A DNA stretch of 64,000 nucleotides from Macrostomum lignano (lineage: Eukaryota), in contig NIVC01000581.1 of the NCBI GenBank assembly GCA_002269645.1, positions 434,001-498,000 on the forward strand. The letters are read 5' to 3'. The position numbers and the translations under genes were made by a program. The stretch's first letter is position 1. Every line of letters begins with the position of its first letter. Below the pieces are notes generated by a model. That model worked only from the letters and a program-made list of their open reading frames with translations. It did not search any database and was not told where the DNA came from. This document shows, one piece after another, positions 27,881 to 39,100 of this stretch.

Positions 27881-28718
27881 ACATGAAAGGTGTCATGGAA
27901 AAATTAAATGCAGCTATAATGCTGTGCTGGGGAGAAAAACTGAGACGTCAAGGCTCTCAGAGAATAACTGAGATTACGGGGGGGGGGTTTCTGAGATGTC
28001 AAAGCAAAAGTCAGAAGCTAATTCAAAGTTCATGTACTTTACTCAATTTTTTTTATTGCATTCTTTGTTGGCTCGCCACGGGAGGCGCTGATAGAAGAAG
28101 AGTCATGTAAAAAATAAAAGTAGCACTATATATACATAAAAGAAAAGTCATGTCGAAGTTAAAAGATTCATTTGGGAATTGCTACGATATCAAAGCTAGG
28201 TGGAAATCGTTATAGTGCTGTGATTCTTAAAGAAGGAATCACTAAAATGTCAAGGCTTAGGGGAGAAGAATTGCTGAGATTTCAAGGCTTTATGTTGGGT
28301 TAAAGTTAGGTTTAGGTCAGGTGTGGGTTGAGGGTTATATTTTATCGGGTTTCAAGGTTAACAGAATAACAGGGGATTTTCTAGATTTCAAGGTTTATGG
28401 GCGCCATCGCTGACATGTTAAGGCTTACGGGGGGAATAGCTGAGATGTCAAGGCTCACGGGGGTATAAATGAGATTTCAAGGCTAAAGTCAGAAGCTACA
28501 TGTAGTTTATTGAAAACTTTTTATGACATTATTTGATGCCTCCTCAGGGGAGGGATCGCTGATTAAAAAAGCGTAATGTAAAAAATAAAAGAAGCTTCAT
28601 GTCGAAGTTAAGATATTCATTTGGGAATCCCTACGATGTCGAGGCTTGCAGGGAATCGCTATAATGCTGTAGTAGTGCTATAATGACTCTTAGAGAGAAT
28701 TACTGAAATTTCAATGCT

Positions 28719-28745
28719 TTAGGGTTAGGTTAGGGTTAGGGTTAG
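28719..28745 (+). repeat. Short interstitial telomere-like (TTAGGG)n tract, 4-5 units, inside E3
   Basis: TTAGGGTTAGGTTAGGGTTAGGGTTAG. Confidence 0.8.
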
Positions 28746-29351
28746 AAGGTTGACAGATATTTTTAGATTTCCAAGGCTTATTGGGGGCATGGCTGAGATG
28801 TCAAGGGGGGAAGTTGATATGTTAAAGCTTGTGGGGGGGAATTACTGACATGTCAAGGCTTACAAGGTTTGATAGGAGATTTTTTAAGATTTCAAGGATA
28901 CATGTAGCTTATTAAAAAAACGTGTATTGCATTTCTTTGGCTCCCCAACGGGGGGCGTAGATTGCTAGTTTTCGACTTGAAATGCATTGTAAGAATGCTA
29001 GAGAAAAAACTGACTGACTGAATTCCGATTGTGCTAAAGATTGCATCACAACAAGTTGAAAACAGTGCCGAAGAAATGCACACACGACTTGATTGAAATT
29101 GCGTAACCATATTGCTAACTTAAATTGAGACTGATACTGGCTGACTGAGAAATTGATTATGTCATAACTTTTTACTCCAATTGACTTGCTGTAAGAATTG
29201 AATTATAAGGGCCACAATTCATGTTCTCCAATTGAAAAGAGATAGCCCTGATGCGAACAGACTGGAATGCTAATGTAGCGACCTGGGTTCGAATCTCAGT
29301 AGTGCAAAAAGATTTTTTTTATTAAAACACCTTAAAAACACAACAAAACTG

Positions 29352-31790
29352 CTAAACATCAAAGAAGCGCAATGTCAAACATAGAAGAGCCACCATGTCG
29401 AACATTAAAGAGCCAACATGTCAAACATAAAAGAGCCACCATGTCAAACCTAAACGAGCCACCATGTCTAATATTTAAGAGGCACCATGTAAAACATATA
29501 AGTGACTTTATGTCAACATAAAAGAGCCACCATTTCGAAGATTAAACAGCCACCATTTCGAACATTAAAGAGCCACTATGTCAAACATAAAAGAGCCAAC
29601 ATGTCAAACATAAAAGAGCCAACATGTCAAACATAAAGAGCCACCATGTCAAACATTTAGGAGCCACCATGTCAAACATAAATGTGACTTTGTGTCAAAC
29701 ATTAAAGAGCCACCATTTCGAACATTAAAGAGCCACTATTTCGAACATTAAAGAGCCACCATGTCGAACATAACAGAGCTACCATGTCAAACATTAAAGA
29801 GCCACCATGTCAAACATTCAAAAGCCACATTGTCAAACATTAAAGAGCCATTATGTCGTACATTAAAGAGCCACCATTTCGAACATTAAAGAGCCACCAT
29901 GTCGAACATAAAGAGCCACTATTTTGAACATTAAAAAGCCACCATTTCGAACATAGAAGAGCCACCATGTCGAACATTAAAGAGCAAACATGTCAAACAT
30001 AAAAGAGCCACCATGTCAAACCTAAACGAGCCACCATGTCTAATATTTAAGAGGCACCCTGTAAAACATATAAGTGATTTTATGTCAAACATAAAAGAGT
30101 CACCATTTCGAACATTAAACAGCCACCATTTCGAACATTAAAGAGCCACCATGTCGAACATAAAAGAGCCACTATTTCGAACATTAAAGAGCCACCATTT
30201 CGAACATTAAAGAGCCACCATGTCGACCATAAAAGAGCCACTATTTCGAACATCAAAGAGCCACTATGTCAAACATAAAAGAGCCAACATGTCAAACATA
30301 AAAGAGCCAACATGTCAAACATAAAGAGCCACCATGTCAAACATAAATGTGACTTTGTGTCAAACATTAAAGAGCCACCATTTCGAACATTAAAGAGCCA
30401 CTATTTCGAACATTAAAGAGCCACCATGTCAAACATGAAAGAGCTATAACATGAAGAATATTAAAGAGCCACCATGTCGAACATAACAGAGCTACCATGT
30501 CAAACATTAAAGAGCCACCATGTCAAACATAAAAGAGCCACCATTTTGAAAATTAAAGAGCCACTATGTCAAACATAAAAGAGCCAACATGTCAGACATT
30601 AAAAAAGCCACCGTATCAGATATAAGAGTTACCATGTAGAACAAAAAAGAGCCACCATTTCGAACAAAAAAGAGCCACCATGTCAAACATGAAAGAGCCA
30701 CCATGTCAAACACAAAAGAGCCAACATGTCAAACATTTAGGAGCCACCATATCAAACATTTAAGAGCCACCCTGTCGAATATCAAAGAGCCACCATGTCG
30801 AACATTAAAGAGCCACCATGTCTAACATTAAAAGTCACCATGTTAAACATTAAAGAGCCACCATATCAAGCATAAAAGAGCCACTATGTCAAACCAAAAA
30901 GAGCCACCATGTCGAAAATTTAAGAGCCAAAATGTAGAATATAAAAGAGCCACCATGTCAAACCTAAAAGAGCCACCATGTCGAACACTTAAGAGCCACA
31001 ATGTAAAATATTAAAGAGCCACCATTTCGAACATATAAGTGACTTTATGTGAAACATTAAAGAGCCACCATGTAAAACAAAAGAGCCACCATGTTAAACA
31101 TAAAAGAGCCACCATGTAGAATATTAAAGAGCCACTATGTTGAACATTAAAGAGCCATCATACTGAACATTAAACAGCCACCATGTCAAACCTAAAAGAG
31201 CTACCATGTCAACATAAAAGAGCTACCATGTCAAACATTAAACAGCCATCATGTCAAACCTAAAAGATCCACCATTTCGAACATTTAAGAGCCACAATGT
31301 AGAATATTAAAGAGCCATGATGTCAAAAAAGAGCCACCATTTCTAACATTAAAGAGCCACCATGTCAAACATTTAAGAGCCACCATGTCGAACATAAAAG
31401 AGCTATACCATGAAGAACATTAAAGAGCCACTTTGTCGATCATTAAAGAGCCACCATGTCAAACATTTAAGAGCCACCATGTCAATTATATATGTGTCTT
31501 TATGTCATACATTAAAGAGCCACCATTTCGAACATTAAGGAGCCACCATGTCAAACATTTAAAAGCCACCTTGTCAAACATTAAATAGCCACTTTGTCGA
31601 ACATTAAAGGGCCACTGTGTCAAAAATAAAAGAGCCACCAGGTTAAACATTAAAGAGCCACCATGTCAAACAATAAAGAGCCAGCATGTCAGACATTAAA
31701 AAGCCATCGTTTCAAACATAAAAGAGTTGCCATGTAGAACATAAAAGAGCCACCATGTCAAACATAAAATTTACACAATTTCAAACGTAA
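29352..31790 (+). repeat. 22-23-bp minisatellite B (AAAGAGCCACCATGTCAAACAT[T/A]), about 105 copies, inside E2
   Basis: Tandem, moderately diverged monomers read directly. Confidence 0.95.
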
Positions 31791-31857
31791 AAGTAAGCGA
31801 ATTTTAAAGGAGCCACTATAATGCTAAGGAAATTGTCGCACTAACTACTTATTGTCT

Positions 31858-32648
31858 GGTGGATGCTTGCTATTTGGGGATGCTATCCATGTAGGGGATG
31901 CTTGCTATCTGGGGGATGCTTGCTATCTGGGGGATGCTTGCTATCTGGGGGATGCTTGCTATCTGGGGGATGCTTGCTATCTGAGGGATGCTTGCTATCT
32001 GGGGGATGGTTGCTATCTGGGGGATGCTTGCTATCTTGGGGATACTTGCTATCTGGGGGATGCTTGCTATCTGGGGGATGCTTGCTATCTGGGGGATGCT
32101 TGCTATCTGGGGGATGCTTGCTATCTAGGGGATGCTTGCTATCTGGGGGATGCTTGCTATCTGGGGGATGGTTGCTATCTAGGGGATGCTTGCTATCTGG
32201 GGGATGCTTGCTATCTGGGGGATGCTTGCTATCCGGGGGTTGCTTGTAATCTGGAGGATGCTTGCTATCTGGGGGATGCTTGCTATCTGGGGGATGCTTG
32301 CTATCTGGGGGATGCTTGCTATCTGGGGGATGGTTGCTATCTGGGGGATGCTTGCTATCTGAGGGATGCTTGCTATCTGGGGGATGCTTGCTATCCGGGG
32401 GTTGCTTGCAATCTGGAGGATGCTTGCTATCTGGGGGATGCTTGCTATCTGGGGGATGCTTGCTATCTTGGGGATGCTTGCTATCTGGGGGATGCTTGCT
32501 ATCTGGGGGATGCTTGCTATCTGGGGGATGGTTGCTATCTGAGGGATGCTTGCTATCTGGGGGATGCTTGCTATCTGGGGGATGCTTGCTATCCGGGGGT
32601 TGCTTGCAATCTGGAGGATGCTTGCTATCTGGGGGATGCTTGCTGTCT
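31858..32648 (+). repeat. 18-bp minisatellite CTGGGGGATGCTTGCTAT, about 43 copies, inside E2
   Basis: The in-frame monomer explains the LGDACY / SGGCLL / PPDSKH repeat ORFs. A short degenerate version also follows the first E1 terminator at 23920-23975. Confidence 0.95.
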
Positions 32649-33423
32649 TGGAATGATTTCTTTTTGCATTGCACTTCCTTTGAGTATTTTGTCTGTTTTC
32701 TTTGCGAAGGCTTTTTTTGGCTATCTTTTTGTTACTTGTAGAGAACAGAGGTTCTATACAGATGTCCCCCAACGGGGGGCGAAGATTGCTAGTCCATCCA
32801 TCCAATATACTAAAAATGGTCTGTCTGTGTCTATCTATCTATCTATGTGATTGATTAGAGAAAAAATGGCTGGACCGATTTTATTCAAACTTGCACTGTT
32901 CGATCAGAAATTTTCCCGTGACTGTACATGCATCGTGCTTAAGAAATTGCTCGATGCTAAAGGCATTAAATATTCGAAAAACATGCTTTTTTGCAAAGGT
33001 CAAGCAAACTTTTCGACTTGAAATGCATTGTAAGAATGCTAGAGAAAAAACTGACTGGTTGAATTCTGATTCTGAAATAGATTGCATCATCACTGAATTG
33101 TAACTCCGACTTGAATTGAAAATGCAGTGTGGAAGCGTAGCACCAGACTTGATTTAAATTGCGTAACCATAATTGTTAACTGATACTGACTGACTGAGAA
33201 ACTGATTATGTCATAACTGCTTCGTGTCATTTACTCTATGCTTGGATTTTAAAGTGTTGAATTATATATATAAGTGCAAAATTTGATGTCATCAAAACGA
33301 TGAGAGCTAGCCTAGAGGTGAACAAACTGAACTGCTAAATGCAGAAACGATGGTTCGAATTTTCATAGAGTATAATTTTTTTAATTAAAGCTTTTCAACG
33401 TCAGGAAAACTAAAATACTTTTT

Positions 33424-34470
33424 AAAAAGAAGCGTCATGTAAAAATCATAGAAGCGTCATGTAAACAATCATAGAAGCGTCATGTAAACAATCATAAAAG
33501 CGCCATGTAAAAAATCATAGAAGCGTCATGTAAACAATCATAGAAGCGTCATGTAAACAATCATAGAAGCGTCATGTAAACAATCATAGAAGCGTCATGT
33601 AAAAAATCATAGAAGCGTCATGTAAACAATCATAGAAGCGTCATGTAAACAATCATAGAAGTGTCATGTAAACAATCATAGAAGTGTCATGTAAACAATC
33701 ATAGAAGCGTCATGTAAAAATCATAGAAGCGTCATGTAAAAAATCATAGAAGCGTCATGTAAAAAATCATAGAAGCGTTATGTAAAAAATCATAGAAGCG
33801 TCATGTAAAAATCATAGAAGCGTCAAGAAAAAATCATAGAAGCGTCATTTAAAAAATCAGAGAAGCGTCATGTAAACAATCATAGAAGCGTCATGTAAAA
33901 AAATCAGAGAAGCGTCATGTAAAAAATCATAGAAGCGTCATGCAAAAAATCATAGAAGCGTCATGTAAACAATCATAGAAGCGTCATGTAAAAAAATCAT
34001 AGAAGCGTCAGATAAACAATCATAGAAGCGTCATGTAAAAAAATCATAGAAGCATCATGTAAAAAATCATAGAAGCGTCATGTAAAAAATCATAGAAGCG
34101 TTATGTAAAAAATCATAGAAGCGTCATGTAAAAATCATAGAAGCGTCAAGAAAAAATCATAGAAGCGTCATTTAAAAAATCAGAGAAGCGTCATGTAAAC
34201 AATCATAGAAGCGTCATATAAAAAATCAGAGAAGCGTCATGTAAAAAATCATAGAAGCGCCATGTAAAAAATCATAGAAGCGTCATGTAAAAAATCATAA
34301 AAGCGTCATGCAAAAAATCATAGAAGCGTCATGTAAACAATCATAGAAGCGTCATATAAAAATCATAGAAGCGTCAAGAAAAAAGTCATAGAAGCCTCAT
34401 TTAAAAACTAATGAAAGTGTCATTTAAAAAATTAAGAAGCATCATGGTAGAATAAAAGAAGCGTCATGTC
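33424..34470 (+). repeat. Minisatellite A, about 44 copies, inside E4
   Basis: Same monomer and same position as 26128-27880 but a shorter array. Confidence 0.95.
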
Positions 34471-35313
34471 AGACATGAAGGGTGTCATGTAAAATTAAAT
34501 GCAGCTATAATGCTGTGCTGGGGAGAAAAACTGAGACGTGAAGGCTCTCAGAGAATAACTACGCTCGTAAGATTACGAGGGGGGTTTCTGAGATGTCAAA
34601 GCAATAGTCAGAAGCTACTTCAAAGTTCATGTACTTTACTCAATTTTTTTATTGCATTCTTTGTTGGCTCGCCACGGGGGGGGGCGCTGATAGAAGAAGA
34701 GTCATGTAAAAAATAAAAGTAGCACTACGTATACATAAAAGAAAAGTCATGTCGAAGTTAAAAGATTCATTTGGGAATTGCTACGATGTCAAAGCTTGGT
34801 GGAAATCGTTATAGTGCTTGATTCTTAAAGAAGGAATCACTAAAATGTCAAGGCTTAGGGGAGAAGAATTGCTGAGATTTCAAGGCTTTAGGTTGGGTTA
34901 AAGTTAGGTTTAGGTCAGGTGTGGGTTGAGGGTTATATTTTATCGGGTTTCAAGGTTAACAGAATAACAGGGGATTTTCTAGATTTCAAGGTTTATGGGG
35001 GCCATCGCTGACATGTTAAGGCTTACTGGGGGAATAGCTGAGATGTCAAGGCTCACGGGGGTATAAATGAGATTTCAAGGCTAAAGTCAGAAGCTATATG
35101 TAGTTTATTGAAAACTTTTTATTACATTATTTGATGCCTCCTCAGGGAGGGATCGCTGAAAAAAAACGTAATGTAAAAAATAAAAGAAGCTTCATGTCGA
35201 AGTAAAGAGATTCATTTGGGAATCCCTACGATGTCGAGGCTTGCAGGGAATCGCTATAAGGCTGTAGTAGTGCTATAATGACTCTTAGAGAGAATTACTG
35301 AAATTTCAATGCT

Positions 35314-35387
35314 TTAGGGTTAGGTTCGGGTTAGGGTTAGGGTTAGGGTTAGGGTAAGGGTTAGGGTTAGGCTAGGGTTAGGGTTAG
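35314..35387 (+). repeat. Interstitial telomere-like (TTAGGG)n tract, about 12-13 units with variants, inside E4
   Basis: TTAGGG TTAGG TTCGGG (TTAGGG)4 TAAGGG TTAGGG TTAGG CTAGGG TTAGGG TTAG. Confidence 0.9.
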
Positions 35388-35806
35388 AAGGTTGACAGAT
35401 ATTTTTAGATTTCCAAGGCTTATTGGGGGCATTGCTGAGATGTCAAGGGGGGAAGTTGATATGTTAAAGCTTGTGGGGGGGAATTACTGACATGTCAAGG
35501 CTTACAAGGTTTGACAGGAGATTTTTTAAGATTTCAAGGATACATGTAGCTTATTAAAAAAACGTGTATTGCATTTCTTTGGCTCCCCAACGGGGGGCGT
35601 AGATTGCTAGTCAAATCTAAAAAGGCACCCGATCTACTTATGGTTCAGTCAGTTGTTGCACACGAAATCACACGCAACTGCCAATGAAAGACGCAGGGAG
35701 GCGGCATTTGTGCAATCTGCACTTTTTTCGCAGTGCAAGGGTTCTGCGCCTTCAGTCACTGCATGACCCGCACGTCTGCCTCACCGCAATGCGAAATTGA
35801 AATTCT

Positions 35807-36076
35807 AATCTGACAACTGGAATTCGTTAATCTCCTTTAATCTGACAACTGGAATTCGTTAAACTCCTTTAATCTGACAACTGGAATTCGTTAATCTCCT
35901 TTAATCTGACAACTGGAATTCGTTAATCTCCTTTAATCTGACAACTGGAATTCGTTAATCTCCTTTAATCTGACAACTGGAATTCGTTAATCTCCTTTAA
36001 TCTGACAACTGGAATTCGTTAATCTCCTTTAATCTGACAACTGGAATTCGTTAGTCTCCTTTAATCTGACAACCGG
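35807..36076. repeat. 32-bp tandem repeat AATCTGACAACTGGAATTCGTTAATCTCCTTT, about 8.4 copies
   Basis: Near-perfect copies just downstream of the RNF103 stop codon. Confidence 0.95.
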
Positions 36077-36157
36077 AAATCGCTAATCTACATCGATCCT
36101 GTGAACACCAGAATCGCAGATCAAACACTCCGCAAAAGCCGGTTAAGCGGCCGTAAA

Positions 36158-39100
36158 TCAGGCGGAGGCGGTGGAGGCGGCGGGCGCGGGCAGGCGGTAG
36201 GGGCAGCGCCGGCAGACCGGGCAGGTGCTGCGCCTCACCAGCCAGCCGGCGGCGCAGCCCCGGTGAAAGACGTGGCCGCACAGCAGGCCAACCAGCTGGT
36301 GGCCGCGGCGGAATCTGTCCAGACAGACGGAGCAGTGACTCGACCGCAGCGCCGAGCTCGGCCAGCCGTCGTCCGCGCCGGCGCCAGTCGACTCGGCTGC
36401 GTCGACGTCCGTGTCGGCAGTGGCGGTGGCGGTGGAATCGGAGGGCGCAGCTGGCGGGGTGACGCGGCAGGTCCACTGCAGCAGGCGGGAGAGGCAGCGC
36501 TCGGGATCTCGTTGCGGGATCCACAGCGATGGGATGGCCAAGGACTCCATGAACAGCTCCAGGCTCTGGGCGGCCTCGGCGTCCCTGGCGGCGGCGGCCT
36601 CCTCGTCCTCCTCATCGTCGCTGTCGCTGCCGGAGCCGCCGCTGGCACCCAGGGCGACGTCGCTGTCGTCCAGATCGGAGGCTTCGAAGATCGGGCCGGC
36701 AGCCACCTCGCCTGGCAGCGCCGAAGCAGCTCCGGCAGCGGCTTGGCCGAAGGGAGCCGCGCCCGACACCGAGGCGGCCAGCTGTGAGACCGGGCGCGCA
36801 TCGCCTGCGAAGCCCTCCACGGCCGCCCCTGCCGCCGGTTCGTCCGAGTCCTCGAGCAGCAGCGGCCGGTGCCACCAGAAGAGGCCGCAGACCAGGCAGG
36901 CGGCCGCCAGCAGCCCGGCGCCGGGATAGGCGCCCAGATGCCAGTCGGCGCGGATTTGCAGCGCCAAGTCGCTGAGGACGAGGTGGCGCCACGCGGAGGC
37001 AAGCGCCAGGCCGGCTGGCGAGGCTCCGGCCGCGCTGAAGAAGAAGCGAACGGCGCCAGCGCCGGCGAAAAGCAGCATATTGCACCTGGCAATGGTGTAG
37101 GTTGGAGCCGGACTGTACACAACTTGCAAAACTCAATGAGCTCATCCCAAGCTGACCATTTCCATAGCCAATCACATTGCACGGCCACTCCCATAGTAAC
37201 TGGCGCTCATCCTCCAGGCGTTAGCAACCAGGCGGTCACCAGACAACCATCCCCATAGCAACCATGCGCTCGAACCGCGGGCCATCCCCATAGCAACCAG
37301 GCGCTCACCACGCGGCCATCCGCACGGCAGCAAGACACCGGGCAGGCAGCGCGGTCCCCGGCAGCAGGAGCGGCAGCGGCAGGAGGCCAAAGTTCAGCAG
37401 AGCGGCGGCGGCCAAGCCGGCCTGCCAGGCGTCCGGTGCGACGCTGGCCAGCAGGAGTCGCAAGGCGGCCGGGGTGCCGCAGTCGGCGGGCGCCAGCGAG
37501 AGGCGCTGCTCGGGCGTCAGCAACACCAGCCTCATCGAGCCGGTGCTGTCGTTCAGCCGCCGGTGCCAGAAACGCAGCCGGTCTTGGAACTCAACGCTGA
37601 GCGCCGCCAACATCAGCGGCGGCGCCGGTGGCCAGCCGGGCAGCTCGGCCAGCAGGCCGCACTCGCCAGCAGCCGCAGCGGTGGAGCGGCCTGATGGCGG
37701 CCAGGCGGCCAAGAGACCGGAGACGCGAGTTGACAGGCGGGCGAGCACTACGGAGGGGTCCGCGCTGGGGCGGAAGGCGGCCGCCACGTCCTGCGGGTGA
37801 GCAGGGCAGCCGCAAGGACGACTAAAGTAACATATATCTACTTTAGTAGTCCTTGGGCAGCCGATGCTTTTTTGATCCACTCTTGTCTGTCTAATGCGAA
37901 ACTAACGGTCCCTGGCTGCACAAACACACTAGGGGTCCCTGGCTGCACAAACACACTAGGGGTCCCTGGCTGCACAAACACACTAGGGGTCCCTGGCTGC
38001 ACAAACACACTAGGGGTCCCTGGCTGCACAAACACACTAGGGGTCCCTGGCTGCACAAACACACTAGGGGTCCCTGGCTGCACAAACACACTAGGGGTCC
38101 CTGGCTGCACAAACACACTAGGGGTCCCTGGCTGCACAAACACACTAGGGGTCCCTGGCTGCACAAACACACTAGTGGTCCCTGGCCAGAAACAGCAGCA
38201 AACCTGCAGGCCGGTGGAGTCGGGGTGGGTGACCAGCAGGCCCGCCCAGCCCCGGCGAAACCCGCGCTCCGTGCAGTAGGCGGCCATGCCCGGCACAGTG
38301 GCGCAGGGCAGCAGCGCCAGGCGGCAGCCGAACGCTTCTAGGGCGGCGGCCAGGCGGGGCTCGAACTCCGGCACTTCCGCCCAGGTGGCATAGGCGGCCC
38401 ACATGCTGCGCAGGCCGAGGTTCACTTCGCGGCGAAGCTCCTCGCCAGAGTGCGCGGTCAGAACGCGTCGCTTTCCGGCAACGGGCGGAATCTGGGAGTT
38501 CGATGGGCGGGTCGAGGCTGCATTCGTTGTTTGGGTCGTCACCATCAAAATTACCGAGACAACTCACAGCATCCAGTGACATCCCACAGCATCCAGTGAC
38601 ATCCCACAGCATCCAGTGACATCCCACAGCATCCAGTGACATCCCACAGCATCCAGTGACATCCCACAGCATCCAGTGACATCCCACAGCATCCAGTGGC
38701 ATCCCACAGCATCCAGTGGCATCCCACAGCATCCAGTGCCATCTCACAGCATCCAGTGACATCCCACAGCATCCAGTGCCATCCCACAGCATCCAGTGCC
38801 ATCTCACAGCATCCAGTGACATCCCACAGCATCCAGTGACATTCCACAGCATCCAGTGATATTCCACAGCATCCAGTGACATCCCACAGCATCCAGTGCC
38901 ATCCCACAGCATCCAGTGACATTCCACAGCATCCAGTGACATCCCACAGCATCCAGTGACATCCCACAGCATCCAGTGCCATCTCACAGCATCCAGTGAC
39001 ATCCCACAGCATCCAGTGACATTCCACAGCATCCAGTGACATTCCACAGCATCCAGTGACATCCCACAGCATCCAGTGGCATCCCACAGCATCCAGTGAC

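Larger units (their letters stand above)
25523..28968 (+). mobile_element. Non-autonomous Helitron-like element E3, nested in E2
   Basis: Head is TCCTATATACTAAAAATGAGTTGTTTGTTTG at 25523. Tail is CTCCCCAACGGGGGGCGTAGATTGCTAG ending at 28968. The non-repeat parts are near-identical to E4. Confidence 0.75.
25322..32792 (+). mobile_element. Non-autonomous Helitron-like element E2 (outer: 25322-25522 + 28969-32792), interrupted by E3
   Basis: Head TCCTATATACTAAAAATGAGTTGTCTGTC directly follows the CTAG of E1. The sequence stops at ...AAGCCAAATTTT (25522) and resumes as TTTTCGACTTGAAATGCATTG at 28969, which matches the continuous text in E3 and E4. Tail is CCCCCAACGGGGGG...GATTGCTAG (32766-32792). 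Confidence 0.7.
32793..35610 (+). mobile_element. Non-autonomous Helitron-like element E4 (same subfamily as E3)
   Basis: CTAG|TCCATCCATCCAATATACTAAAAATGGTCTGTCTGTG head-to-tail junction at 32792/32793. Tail is CTCCCCAACGGGGGGCGTAGATTGCTAG|T at 35583-35611. Confidence 0.75.

Noticed and set aside
31852-32850. 332-aa LGDACY-repeat protein and four overlapping repeat ORFs
   Set aside because: An 18-bp minisatellite is stop-free in five frames and the ORF has a non-ATG start, so coding is not supported.
36051-37825. Multiple overlapping plus-strand and alternative-frame ORFs
   Set aside because: They are shadow ORFs of GC-rich RNF103 exons.
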